Part shown: positions 12,001-24,450 of the stretch, one piece after another
Layout of the letters: the number at the start of each line of letters is the position of its first letter
How positions within the stretch are numbered: position 1 is the first letter of the stretch
Assembly: GCA_000708835.1 (NCBI GenBank)
Contig: DF237048.1
Location: 62,001 to 126,000 of the forward strand
Direction of reading: 5' to 3'
DNA from: Klebsormidium nitens
Taxonomy: Eukaryota > Plantae > Klebsormidiophyceae
Length of the DNA: 64,000 nt
Program-made: the position numbers and the translations under genes
The notes under the pieces: model-generated
Seen by the model: the letters and a program-made list of their open reading frames with translations, nothing else
What the model was told of the DNA's origin: nothing
Database searches by the model: none

Positions 12001-15000
12001 CCTCGCTTCGTTCATCGACTTCCTTTGATGGGAACGCCCCTCCGAGTGCGTCAGCAAATGCTTCTCACGCTCACGATTGCGGCTCCTTCCGCGCGTTATC
12101 TCCTCTCTAATTTCGTCTTTTACCGTTCGTTTGTGATGTCGTGTCAGCTTATTTTGTTTTTTCGTTTTACTTGTCGGCCTACTTTGTTCTTTTCGTTCTA
12201 CTTGTCATTATCACCTTCTCGTCGTTTTTGGAATCGCGTACTGACTGGTGAACTCTGCTGAAACCTGAACCTTGGCTTCCTTCTCCGCAGCTCTACACGG
12301 TCCTCAAGTCCACGCTGGTCGCCGCGCCGCTGCTCTTCGTCGTCTTTTTCAGTATCGCATTTAAATGAAATAAACGAATGAAAACGGAAACGGAACGAAA
12401 GGAGATCAAACGTATGACCTTCCTGCGCAGCTTCAAGGGTTCCTGGAGTGCACGCTGACCGCTGTCGCATCTGAAGCAGAGAATCACACGACAACGAAAA
12501 TAAAAACAGCTAGAAATGAATCTCCGACCCTTTTGCGCAGCTGTACACGTTCCTCGAGTGCACGCTCACCGCCGCCGCGCTGCTTCCTCACTTCATCTTC
12601 TTTTTGAGATCGCATCTGAAGCGGAGGAAATCAAAAATAAAAAACAATACAAAAAGCTAGAACTAATTTGTGGATCCTCCTGCGCAGCTTTACACGTAGT
12701 TCGAGTGCACGCGCTGCTCCTTGACTTTATCTTTTTTCATTCACTGCATCCGAAGCAGAAGAAGAAATGAAATAGTAACAGAACGAAACACGAATTGACT
12801 ATCTGACCTCCCTGCGCAGCTGTACACATTTTTGGAGTGCACGCTGACCGCTGCCGCGTTGCTCTTCATCTTTCTTTATAGTACGTATCCCATCTAAAGC
12901 AGAGGATTTCCAAAACAAAAGTAGGAGAAAACAAAAGTAGAAGAAGGAAGCCAGAAATGAATATTCGACCCACCTGCGCAGCTGTACACGTTCCTGGAGT
13001 GCACGCTGACTGCCGCTGCGTTCCTCCCCCACTTCATCTTTTTTCAGATGTCGCATCTGAAGCCGAGGATAGATTGACAACGGAGATCAAAACAGCTAAA
13101 AATGTTATTCTAACCCTTTTGCGCAGCTCTACACGTTCCTCGAGTGCACGCTGACCGCCGCCGCGCTGCTGCCCCACTTCATCCTTTATCAAGCATTTAA
13201 AGCGCTAAGAAGTAACAGAATAATAACAGAACGAAAGGAGACTGACTATCTGACCTCCCTGGGCAGCTGTACACGTTTCTGGAGTGCACGCTCACCGCTG
13301 CCGTGCTGCTCCCCCAGTTCATCACCTCTGAAGCACAGGAAAATCTTAGACAAGAACAAGGCAAAAAGCTAGAAATTGATTTCCGACCCTCCTGCGCAGC
13401 TGTACACCTTTCTCGAGTGCACGCTGACCGCCGCCGCGCTGCTCCCCCACTTCATCTTCTTCTTCCAAGACGAGGACCAGCAGGCCCAGTCCGCCAGCAA
13501 CCTCGCCACCGTGTTCCTCGCCTTTGGTGAGCCCCCGGTCGCAACCTCGCTGACGTCATCCGACGTCACTGTCACCTTTTTTCGTGCAGATATACTGAGG
13601 TTCGTTGCGTGCAACTTGCCGACGAAACGCGGCATCAATCTTCGTCGCCATTTGCTAGTCCCCTGGAAACCGCACGAATCACGCGGCCACGATCGGTCAT
13701 TGAAAGGTCACCTTTTATATATGAAGTCGTACTCTAGTAAGCCAAGGTCAACTTTTTCGAAGGGTTTTCCGAGCCAAGGTCAAGTCCTGTTTGGAAGTGG
13801 TTCTTCAAGCCAGCAGAGCCATTTGTTGTATTCTGCTTTCTCTGAGTCAAGGTTGCGCAACCGGCCTCTGGGCAGTACTTTCGGGCTTTAATCCTTTTCC
13901 TTCCAAATGTCAGTAAACGGCGTCGCTGGAATTCTCATCTCATCGGAGCCTCGTGGCAACATTCGCCGCAGATTAGGCTGCAACACAAAATCAGATACTT
14001 TGGTCCAAAGCCCCGTTGGATCCTGACCCAACCCTGTTTTGCCTGTCTCAACGTCGTTAAGATTAGTTTTTTACCGTCCTTAACTCTGTTGAAGCTTCGG
14101 ACCGCCTTAAGTCGGGTATGCAGTCCCGCATCCCATTGAAGTCCGATGTTGCACTCTTTACCCGTTTGAAGGAGGCGTTAACCCCCTTTCAAACCCGGGT
14201 TTGCAGTCCTTAACCTGGCGTTTGCCCTGAGCGTCCTGGGCTTCCTGGTGATGCACACGTCGATGGTCCTGAGCAACACGACCACCATAGAGGTGCGTGG
14301 GCGCCCTCTTTTTTGTTTGATATTTTAACATTCCATTTTGAAAATTTGAGAATTTTGAAAATTCAATTCAAGATCTGTCTGTTACGGAGGGTTAACAAGG
14401 CACCGAACCTAGGGACGGCTTGGACTAATCGGGGCTTCATCGCGCGAAGGGTGTGGAGTATGCACACTTTGGTGTTCGGGCTTCTTTTTCAGTTGTTTTT
14501 CCAACGGATTCCATTTATGTGCAAATATCTGAGATTAAAGGGGTCTATCGCGTGGCTTGCTGTGTTCTCTCGCGTCCTTTGGGCTCATAGGGTATCGTCC
14601 GATCAGAAACGAAAAGGAAGCGGTTCTCTTTGGAGGGTTAAGGACAGATTGGGGAGTTGAGGACAGAGCGTTTGGCAGAGTTGGTCGTAGGCACCTCTCT
14701 TCCAATCATATCCCTTGCATATTTGCAGATGAAGATACCAAGAAACGCAGACGTGTTCAGACATCTGTAACAACAGTGCAGAGAGTTAAGGGAGGCTCAT
14801 GGGATGGCCAGGCACTGTACCGCCTTAAACAGTTGCACTGTCGCTCCAGCAGATGCAGTTGACTTCAGTCCAGCGTTTGCAAAGAAGGCCACATCGAGTC
14901 TGACCGAGTGTCTCGTTGCACGTTTGCAGGCTTTTGAAAAGAAAGTGGGGAGCCGGTGGCGGTTTGATGTTGGGAAGCGGAAAAACTTCGAGCAGGTGAG

Positions 15001-15533
15001 CCTTGTAGTTGTCCGCTAGAAAGCTTGGAGCGTTCGTCGCTTGTGTCTGCTCGCTCTTGGAGCGTCAGCATTTCAGTAGGTTTTGTGACGTGTAGACCTT
15101 TGCAGAAGGTCTGCATCCGGAGCAAACATTCAGCGTTTGATTGCTGTGAACGATCATTCGCTGATCTTTTTGGTTGTTTATGTGGGGGCGATCTGCTCCC
15201 TTGGTGAAATTGGTAAACACGACAGACTTAAATCTGTTCCTTCTAGGTTATCGGTTCAAGTGTTGCTTCTTTCTACGTACCCCCGTTATTAATGTCTGGC
15301 AAGTATAGGGTTGTTATTCTCACATCTTTAAGGCTAAAACGAACAGCACTTGCGCATAAAGGAATTTACTGTCACGTCTTGATCCTGACCCGCTCTGCGT
15401 GCAGGTCTTCGGTTTGAGGCCCCTGATTTGGCTCCTCCCTTTGTACACCGAAGAAGACTTTCGGCGTATTCCAGCTTTGAATGGACTTGACTTTCCAGTC
15501 CGGTCAGATCTAGAGTCCCAAGATCGATGGTGA
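9099..15533 (+). CDS. DHHC-type protein S-acyltransferase (plant PAT14/15/16-like); exons 9099-9128, 9912-10070, 10403-10661, 11364-11455, 13400-13526, 14207-14292, 14930-14995, 15405-15533
   Basis: [10 protein letters not shown] start, TM segments, DPG motif, Cys-rich domain YCRKC...[34 protein letters not shown] motif; all junctions GT-AG with matching phases. Confidence 0.95.
12270..13399 (+). repeat. Array of 8 degenerate acceptor + exon-5 start copies in DHHC intron 4
   Basis: GCAG|CT(G/C/T)TACAC..GAGTGCACGCT-like units start at 12291, 12431, 12541, 12688, 12820, 12982, 13127, 13267; the complete exon starts at 13400. Confidence 0.95.
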
Positions 15534-17246
15534 CCGTTGACACATGTGGGTGTCCAGGGTTCGATGCCTATGTCGGAACTAGAAGTTGGTGCATACGAAG
15601 TTCAGTAGTTTGAAATTGTGACTTCCAGGTCCCCGTGTAAATAAGTGTCGATCAGCGAAACCATGACGTTGATGAAAAGGCCTTGTGTTCCGGCATGTTG
15701 TAGGTATGCTGGCCACTAAGAAAGGGTCAAAGGTGAAATCAGAGGTTCCGTGACCGTTGCCCACCGCAACCGATAGGTGAATTAGTGATCCCTTTTGTTC
15801 GATTTCCGGAAAGAGTCGGCATCCGGCTCATGCATGCCAGCTTGTAAGCGACACACAGGTACGGTTCGACAAGTATTGGCTGGCCGTGGCCGGGATGTTT
15901 TGAGCCCAATGTGAGCCTCCACGCCCTTATCATCAGGCGGTGCATGAGGCTCACGGAATGTGGCTGGGGTGACCCTACCGAAAGCCGGACTCAATGACAA
16001 GGTACTTTGATCAAATGTTATCTAACTCGGATTCCTAGTGCCGTCATTGAGAAAGCCCACTGCCAGCTTGGCAACAAGCCCTGCTGCATGAATAATCCGA
16101 TCGTTTGAATCTCACCCAAATCAACGCCGGACTCTCCAATCGTGCACACTTTAAAACTGTATACCCAATCCTAAGTGCGCCCTGGCCGGACACCGGCCCG
16201 GCCGCCTCACGATTATCGCGAGCACGCGCGGCGGCTCGTACGAGCACTCAATGCCAGCTCCGTCATGCAGTCACTACTTGTCATTATAACTTGCGCGGCC
16301 GCGGCCGGCGTGACCATCGGAGGCGGCACGGGGCAGCGCTATATACTAATGCCCATGTTGCATGTATGAAATATTCCATTAGGCACCGGCCATGCATGCG
16401 GAATATATATGGCCCATGCTAGCTGCCTATAGGACCATTTGTGCAGCCATGTAGAGTTGGGCTCGAGGTCGTGGCCGCCAGTTTTATCCATATGCCTTGG
16501 CATGCAACATGTGATCTGGCTTCGCGCCACGCAATGATGCAAGCCTGGCCTCGAAGTGCTGCCAAGTCATGCAATTGAGCAATTTGATGTCAAACTTCGT
16601 GATTGGTTGATCGAGGTCAGTGGATGCCAACATGCTAACTAGATAGGTACGTCGTGAAGGATGGGTTATATGAGCTGACGTGTACAGCGCCTCGTATATA
16701 GTAATTAGGCGACTCATAATCGAACCAACTTGATGCGTAGTCGCAAGCGCTCAGAACTGTATCGGGCAAGGCGCCAACTCGGACCGTCACAGCCTGTGTT
16801 TCGAAACTAAGTCCGAGCAGCGTATCTCACTTTGCGTTGCATACGAACATTACCATTGTGCTTTGCACAACGCCATGCATGATCGATTGGCACACTGACC
16901 ATGATAGCTAAATTGCTTGTTAGCGACGTCCATGTAGCATTAGGGTTTACATGTGCATATTTTGCTGGACATGTATCATAGCCATAGCAACCTGCGGAGT
17001 AAAAAACAAGTTCCCGGCCGTAACGGAGACCATGCTCCACGGCTCCATGGCGGCCAAGGGCGTTAACGGATTGGAAGTTACCATGCCTGTCGATAGTGTA
17101 CCGCAGATATCGATCTAGGTTGCTGACTCATGGCATTGGAAGCTTTACATATTTACAATCTCTCTGTCTATGAAGAATGTGTCATTGAAGCAACTCGATG
17201 ACCTTCAATGACGTGAGAACCCGTGTCTGCGACCATTATGGAACCT

Positions 17247-20200
17247 CTACTTGGCGGCGAATGATGTCCCACACCCACACGCCGACGTTGAATTTGGGTT
17301 GTCGACAACCTGCGACAACAATAGAACAGATACGGTTAAGCTTACAATGCAGCCTGGTCATTGATTTGACTGCACCTATGTGCCTGGTGACAAGCTCTAA
17401 AATTGCTTGTAGCAGGGTCGTCCGATCACTTGAGGACATTCTGTCTAGATCCTAAGCTGGATCCGTTGCGGAAACTGATTTTGCGCAAGAACAATAATTG
17501 AACGCTTGACAGCAATTGGCTTGCAAGAGAGCACGAGAAGTAGACTCGGTATGGCTCCGAGATACCATGATTTGGCGCTTCAAGAAGCTCCAAGACTGTT
17601 TCACGCACTTTCAAGTATCTTCCGGAAGCCTGATCACACTTCGTTTGATTGTGAGACAATAGTCACCGAGGCTGGAAAGTCCCGGGTACAGCTTCGTTGA
17701 TGCATGCAACATTCGTACTCTTCATCCGTTAAGCCGACTCAGGAACAGAACCAAACAAAGAAATGAAGTCGACACAGCACAACGCAGGTGAATGGGGCCT
17801 AAGGAAAGAGGGGAAGGGAATAAACTCTGGGAGAACCAGGAGAAAAGTAGAAGCGGAACGCACCGTAAATGCGGATCGGATGAGCTCTTCGGAAAAGTCG
17901 ACGGTCGCCCCCTTGACGAAAGCGTACGAGACCTTGTCCACGAGAAGCTGCGCGCCGTTTCGTCGAAACACTCTGTAAGAACAGAAAAGGAACAACGCTT
18001 TAACTCGTTTTGATTTCAGCTCTTGCTTGACCTTTTCTACTCATTCGTTTTTTACTGTTTTGCACCCTTTCAAACTGCGTTGAACAGAGACAGCGACAGC
18101 AACTGATGACCCTGCACAATAACCAAAACAGGGACCCGTCTGCTCTTTAACTTTCCGTTTCTACCCAAGCAACTCTTCTTCGGTCCCTTCTCATTCATTT
18201 CCTTCTTCCCCAGATGCGTCGAACAATCTCCTCGTTAACCTATCCCGTCGTTCTCAAAAGCGTTCAAACGAAGAGAGCAACCGCTAATGACGTACTTCAC
18301 CTTTGCAAGACCAAGAATTATTTTGAGATGCAAGACCTAAGTTGGCCTTTTGGGTTCTCTAGAAAACGTGATTGATGAAATCTTGACTGGTTTCGAGCAA
18401 CGGTATAGAGCAACAACAGCCCCCCAGGTTCGAGGCAAAGTGTGCTCGCTTTCATTTGGTGAAAAGCATTGTACCGAGGGTAAGTCTCTCATCTCAAACC
18501 CGAAAGCTGCTTTCAAAAGACCCAAACGCCCGAGCAAAACCCGAAGTTTGGAAGTCTCTCAATTGTCAGAGCTTGTCTACATTACCTGCCCTCACAAGGA
18601 TTCAACCAAGTCAATCAAGGAACGATTGGGGCACCCTTTCCTGTTACACTGAGCCCGACCATGGCATAGCCTCTGATCTTCTGTTGTGCTGTTACAATCC
18701 TGTCGGATGTCATCTTATGTTGGTACCGAAGGGAGTCTGGAAGCCCGAGTATCTCAAATCTGCAGCGATGAGCCAGCGTTCAAACAGTTCGAAGCTTTTC
18801 TCTACTTAATTTCACCACCGAAACGATGACATGTCTACGCTTCTCACCTGTCGTCAGGCTGCAATTTACTATCTAGACTAAAGGAATATTGGAAGCCCGA
18901 GCATCCCCCGCCCTCGACGCTGAGCCGCAGCATCAACTGGTCAGGCGACACGCCCTCCTCCTGTTGGAGCTCTTTCAAACGCTGCAAAGCATATAAGAAG
19001 AGATCATTTGTTTAGGTACATGAAAAGATACATGGTTAGCAGTCGAGTTTGGGCCCCTGGAGGGCCTCTTTCGAACACTGAAGCATGGGCAAAGGAAGGC
19101 TTGGTTAGAATCAAGGTTGTAACGCAGGGGAAACGGGTTCATAAGCAATCCCCTCCCCCAGCTACAACTGTTTAAGGGGGCTTCTGGGTCCGCCTGACGT
19201 CAGCCGCTATCTCCGTCGGCATCACAAATTCAGAAAAGATTCAATTTCAAACAGCAGTTTTCTGAGGGTCTTGGCACCGTACAATCAGCGTTGCCCATGC
19301 ATGGCCTACACCCAACTTAAGAGTCTGCAACAATTCCAGGAATAGAAAGAAGACGAGATCGTTGGTAAAAGCACAAAGTTAATCAAAAGTGAGGAACAAG
19401 GTTGATTAAAGTCAAGGAACGGCCGTGGTAGCGGGAGTGACCAGTACTTGGTCAGCGTGATACCTCCTTTCTCTGCTAATGAGATCCTTAAGTTGCACAC
19501 TAAGCAGAGAAGGTGAACGGAGGAGGGTGTAACATAACAAGAAAGGTCAGAGAGCTGCGATAGTGATGACTCAGGTTTGAGTGGCCAGCCATTTGAGAGA
19601 GACCCTCCTGAAAGCTTTACAATCTGCTACTTGTGTTGTGTTGCCCTCCTCCAACCTTTGATGCACTCTTAAAAACAGTATGCGATGCAGGGTTGCTGGA
19701 TAGGTGCACTTTCAGGGGGATTGGCACAGACAATGCTGAGCGGGTTCCTAGCAACCTCCACGGCAGGTGTTTCATGAAAGGCTCTCATACTTATCAGTCC
19801 ATAAAGAAGTCCAAGTTTATGTGCAACAATTGGCACATGAACGAACTCAACAAGAGAATCGAAGGTTTCCCGAGACGTGAGCACCTGACCGCTGCATGAT
19901 AATTGGGACCGAATTGAAAGAGACTTGTTTGCAGACTTGAACGTGTCCAGACCTCAGGCGCTAGAGATCTACTGACCTTAAGGTAAAGTGACCATCGTCA
20001 CAGCTCATGAAAGTCTGTCCTGAAAGTGGGTGCACTGAAAGTATCATTGGCAACCCACATGTATTTGTCACAGAAGTAAGGACACATAGAAGGATCTGGA
20101 ATGACGGGCGCTTTTCGACCTTGCACATGCTGTATGCTGCAAACTTCTGGTATGCCGGCATGCAATGCTGAGCACGTACCACGAATCTGGTCAGACTCCA

Positions 20201-20529
20201 ACATAAAGACAGAGGATTCAAGTTTGAAATCAACACATGCAGCTTCTCTCAGAAGGGGACCATGACAAGAGGAGATTGACAGTAACAAGTGAAACTTAAA
20301 AGGCCGACCACCCCCTCACCTGAGCGCAGCTTTCGGTTATGTGCACAGTATCATCGTCCGTGAAACTTTCCACACGGACTGCTTCTGCAAACCACCTCCT
20401 TAGATGAAGGGACGGAACCGCAGCCACCTTCTCTCGTAACGGCGGCCCAAAGCTTGGGTGTATCACGGCAATCTGTAACGCGCGGCGGATCGATGAAAAC
20501 ACCACCTGGCTCCCCTCTAGCCAAGCCAT
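17247..20529 (-). CDS. ISCA2: A-type Fe-S cluster carrier (HesB/IscA family, ISCA2-like, probably mitochondrial); exons 20529-20320, 18981-18848, 17972-17864, 17309-17247 (171 aa)
   Basis: ...[15 protein letters not shown]...[20 protein letters not shown]...[59 protein letters not shown]; all three conserved Cys present. Start codon is a best guess within a longer ORF. Confidence 0.93.
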
Positions 20530-21384
20530 CCTCGTATGCAGACCTGATGCAGAACAGACGAGTGAACAGCTAAACACAAAGGTGCTTCTATGTTGTTCGT
20601 GGATTGACAGTTGGTGAGCGGTAGATGATCGCGCTTTTGAAAAGCTTCCACCGCCTTCCTGAGGGTCGGCGATTTTTGGCAAAACACAAGCGGCCTTGGC
20701 CTCTGTCTGGATTGAAGGTTTCTTTCAGAGCATCCGGTTGATACGGCACCCATGCGCCATGCAATTTCTCTCAGGGCCAACGCCACCACCAGCTCCAACT
20801 TCAAGTTCTTGGAAGTTGGAGCGATTTTGGAAGTTCTTTCATGCACGCTGGATCTCAGTGTTAACTTCATCCTTAAGTTTTAACCCTCTGGTCAGCGCAG
20901 CTGGAAACCTTTAACCCTCCTCAAACCCTGCCCAAGATCTGGAACCCTAAAAAGCTCGAGCAGCTCCATTGGCTATTACCGTAGTATAGCTGGAAGGTTC
21001 AAGTTTCTCTCACACATGATTTGAATCGTGGCAGTCAACCAGGAAAAGCTCATGGGATGATAAACAACAGGAGCGGCCCCTGATTGCCATTTCATTGAAG
21101 GGCTTCCTGCAGTTCATCTCCAGGCGGGGACCAGGCGATCACGATCTAGGAAACCAATCGCCAAGTCGCCAAGTTTGCGGACAACAGAAAAGGGCAAAGC
21201 TGTTTCTGCACGTCCCTAACCCCTTCCAAATCGCAGTGTCAGCATTGCTTCTTCAGTGAGGATCAGGGGTGTTCAATTTCAGGATAATCAGGTCAGAGAG
21301 TGCTGGCTTGTGTCTGGGGGCATGTCGTGATTCAATCGAGGGGTGCACCAGCATCTCATGATGCAAAAGTCGTTGATTGCAGCA

Positions 21385-22368
21385 ATGGCCACTTCTCAGG
21401 ACCCCGCAGTGCCCTTCCAATTCTGCCCCTGGGACGGGGTCCCTTATGTAGCGAACCTCCCCTTCTGCTCTCAATGCAAAGCGCCTCGACTGGCTGCTGA
21501 CCGGACGGAAAAGTACCGGCCCCCTTGGCAAAAGGTGCTCTACCTCAAGCAGCCCTACGAGGACAACTACACCGACGCGTCATTCCTCAGCTCGATGATC
21601 ACAAACGCCAACTTTGTGAAGAGGGACTACTGGACGGTGGTGCGCGACTCCACCGTCATCTCGCAGCAAATCTGCACGGTGGCCGTCGTGTCTGCAGTTT
21701 CCGCTTTAACTCTTTTGGGGGCCCTTTCTGCGACTGCTCTGCTGGCGGTAGATGCAGCCAGCCTGCTGCTGGGATACGTCGCTTTTCTCCTCAAGGACCC
21801 GCGCCACTGGCGGCGCGAGACCGTCACACGCAATGCCTTCAACTGCGCCCTTTTTGTCAGCGGGGTTTACATCCTCTCCCCCGTCCTGCAAACCTTGACC
21901 CGGTCCATAAGCTCTGACACCATATGGGCCCTTTCCATCGGCCTCTTACTACTGCACCTCTTCTTCCACGATTACTCCTACTCCAGCACGTACAGCACCA
22001 AGTTCTCTGGCAGCATCTCCATCAACGCCGCCATCTTCGCCTCGGTCCTAGTTTCCTCCCGCCTCCCCTCCCACATGCAAGTCTTTGCGCTTGTGCTCTT
22101 CTCCGTAGAGTTCTTCGTCCTCTTTCCAGTGCTGAGGCACCACGTCAAGAAGTACTCTCAGAAGCGCCACGTCACGCTGTCCCTGTCAATGGTCTCTCTT
22201 ACAACAGGGCTCCTGCTGCCGCTAAGCCCGCTCCTGACTGCCCTCTTCCTGGCGCTCATTCTGTCTGTCACCTTCATCTGCCCCTACTGGCTGATCAAGA
22301 TCGAGAAGTACAAGTATGAGATCCATGGGCCGTGGGACGAGGCCATGCCGGTTGTCAAGATGGACTGA
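21385..22368 (+). CDS. PIGC: GPI-GlcNAc transferase subunit C (PIG-C/GPI2/SETH1-like), intronless; the ORF is open from 21343
   Basis: WQKVLYLKQPYEDNYTD.SFL, multi-TM body, LTRSISSDTIWA, LSINA-like SISINAAIFASVLVSSRL, C-terminal KYKYEIHGPWDEA. Confidence 0.95.
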   Translation: MATSQDPAVPFQFCPWDGVPYVANLPFCSQCKAPRLAADRTEKYRPPWQKVLYLKQPYEDNYTDASFLSSMITNANFVKRDYWTVVRDSTVISQQICTVAVVSAVSALTLLGALSATALLAVDAASLLLGYVAFLLKDPRHWRRETVTRNAFNCALFVSGVYILSPVLQTLTRSISSDTIWALSIGLLLLHLFFHDYSYSSTYSTKFSGSISINAAIFASVLVSSRLPSHMQVFALVLFSVEFFVLFPVLRHHVKKYSQKRHVTLSLSMVSLTTGLLLPLSPLLTALFLALILSVTFICPYWLIKIEKYKYEIHGPWDEAMPVVKMD

Positions 22369-22653
22369 GGACGCACTGAGCGGTTTCCGGTCAGCTTAGG
22401 GACAGGCTACAGGAAGGCCAAGATGCTCAAGGTTAGTCCCGCCATGTCTTACCGCTCCAAGCATTCACTGCTCCGATGGAACTTTTGTCTGCTGAATGCT
22501 GGCCCTGTTTTTAACCAAGGTTCAGGAGTGAGCTGAGGACCCTTATAAGGCCACTCTGACGAGTGCGTTTTTTAGACCTTTGTTGAGCCCGTTCGTTTTG
22601 CCGCCGTGCACGCACATGATTAGTGATGGAAGGTATTTGTTGAATAGTTTGAT

Positions 22654-22730
22654 TTACGAGGGCTACACAGGTTGTGTGCAGTTTTTGAATCGTTTCAATT
22701 ACGAGGGCTACACAGGTTGTGTGCAGTTTT
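22654..22730. repeat. Two-copy tandem repeat, 45-bp period (32 nt identical)
   Basis: TTACGAGGGCTACACAGGTTGTGTGCAGTTTT at 22654 and 22699. Confidence 0.9.
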
Positions 22731-22734
22731 CGTT

Positions 22735-24450
22735 TTAGAAGGTATTCTTTCTGAAAACGACTGAAAGATCGAGATGGAGCCTACAATATGGCTTGCCGAG
22801 AAAGAGACTGTGCTTACTTTCCTCGTATGAATTTTTCTTGATCATGTCTAAGGAGTTGAAAGTGAGTGGCTCTGTCAGCGGGTCGATAGCAGTATGTACG
22901 AACATCCTCGCAATGCTGTATTGGTGCATGCGAATCAATAAAGCAGTTCCATCTCTGGACACATATCGAGGGAACAATCCTGTCATCAGCTGGCATTATT
23001 TTGCTCAACTTTGAAATGTAGTATTTTGATGCATTGCAGGGGGCTTGAGGATTCGGAGCGATCGCTAAACAGGTGTCGCCTGGTCGTGCGACTGCTTGCA
23101 TGCTCCAATAAGTAAGCTCTTCCAAGGACTGGTTCGTACATTCATAGCATTTGTTCTCATAGAACAGTATCACTCTGGGATTGTGGGTGCCAGGGTAGTC
23201 CTGATGTGGTTGTGGATTCCTCAAAATGTAAGAAAGGTGAGACTTTATAAGAAGGCACTTGCCTCTTTGCCATCCCACCGTATGGTAGGCTGTGTATAGT
23301 ACATGGATTCTTGTGAATTGGATCGTTGAGAGCTGATCTGATCTGTAGCCTTCAACTGAACCTTTACCCAATTTCCGAGACTGCTCAAGACTAGTTCTCA
23401 AATGAGATGTTCTATGTACGAAGAGGAAAGTGCATATTTGATGAAACGGCCATGAGCCCCGATTGCCAAACAAATTCTGCTGGTTGGGAAAAGGCGACGC
23501 TCACTGATATTACCATGAAGAAAACAAGAAGTTACTGACCTTTTGTCAACTCTTTATCATTCGATGGCCTAAGTAAAAGATTTCACGTACGTTCCCTCGG
23601 TTCTGCAGATCCGTCTCAAGCCTCAAGAATTTGTTCGGAGGACAGAGTATGAGCTCCCTCCCTCCCTCCAGGCCCTTTCATACATATATACTGACACCAC
23701 AGTTCTATTGTACATGCAAAGTGTTGCATGATCAGACCACTACGATGTCAAAGATCTGTCGATGCCACATGTGATAAAGACCGTCTTGTTCTGACAGATT
23801 CTTGTACTTCAACCTTCGACAGCGGTGAACGTACTAGAAAGTCGAGTGTACGTATTGAATATGAACGTTTGTTGCCGGAATCAATGTGGCAATGACTTTG
23901 TGGTACTCATACCTTAAAAATACTGGTCATGGAAGCCGAGCAGGAAGCTTGTTTCCATATACTGTTTCCATACACGGATACCGGATCAGGAATGGGTGCA
24001 CGCACTCTTCTGAGCGTTGCCACCACCGTCAATATCTATAGGTTACAAAACAAAACCATCGAATGCAATGGCCGAATTACGGATTGCTTTCGATTTCGGG
24101 TTATCGCGGTGTAGCACTATAGATGGTTTCTTTCGGTATAGCCCAGAGGGCAAAGAAAAAGTGTACATGTGATTGGACACGGCTCGATCATTGACTTTTT
24201 CGAGGTGAATGCAGTGCAAGTAACGCTATTGCACTTCGCTCATGATGTACCACTGCCCCTGGGCCTGTGTAACCAAGCTCGAGTCCCTCGCAAGGACGAA
24301 ACCGGCCCTTTCTGTTCGTTTGCAATGATGCATGGTTGTACGCCGTGTGGAGGACTAGCGGAACTAACCCGATGGCATAGCCCGGATTCCGGAACCGGAA
24401 CTGAGCCTCGGAGCTAAGTACGTGCTGTACGGACTGCAGGGCATCCAATG
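22735..24450 (-). other. Possible fragmented or unknown multi-exon coding region
   Basis: Protein-like stretches with splice-like flanks (e.g. LMTGLFPRYVSRDGTALLIRMHQYSIARMFVHTAIDPLTEPLTFNSLDMIKKNSYEE then GTAAGC; ORF 24188-24448), but no consistent model or family recognised. Confidence 0.25.

Noticed and set aside
12270-13399. Regularly spaced repeats resembling a CRISPR array
   Set aside because: Eukaryotic intron; the repeats are copies of the adjacent exon start, spacers are related to each other, and no cas genes are present.
15556-15570. GGTTCGATGCC T-loop-like motif
   Set aside because: No cloverleaf arms or A-box; not a tRNA.
16040-16480. GC-rich, palindrome-rich intergenic segment suggestive of a MITE
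   Set aside because: No terminal inverted repeats, target-site duplication or second copy could be shown.
21525-22319. Alternative-frame ORFs overlapping PIG-C
   Set aside because: Shadows caused by GC-rich codon usage.
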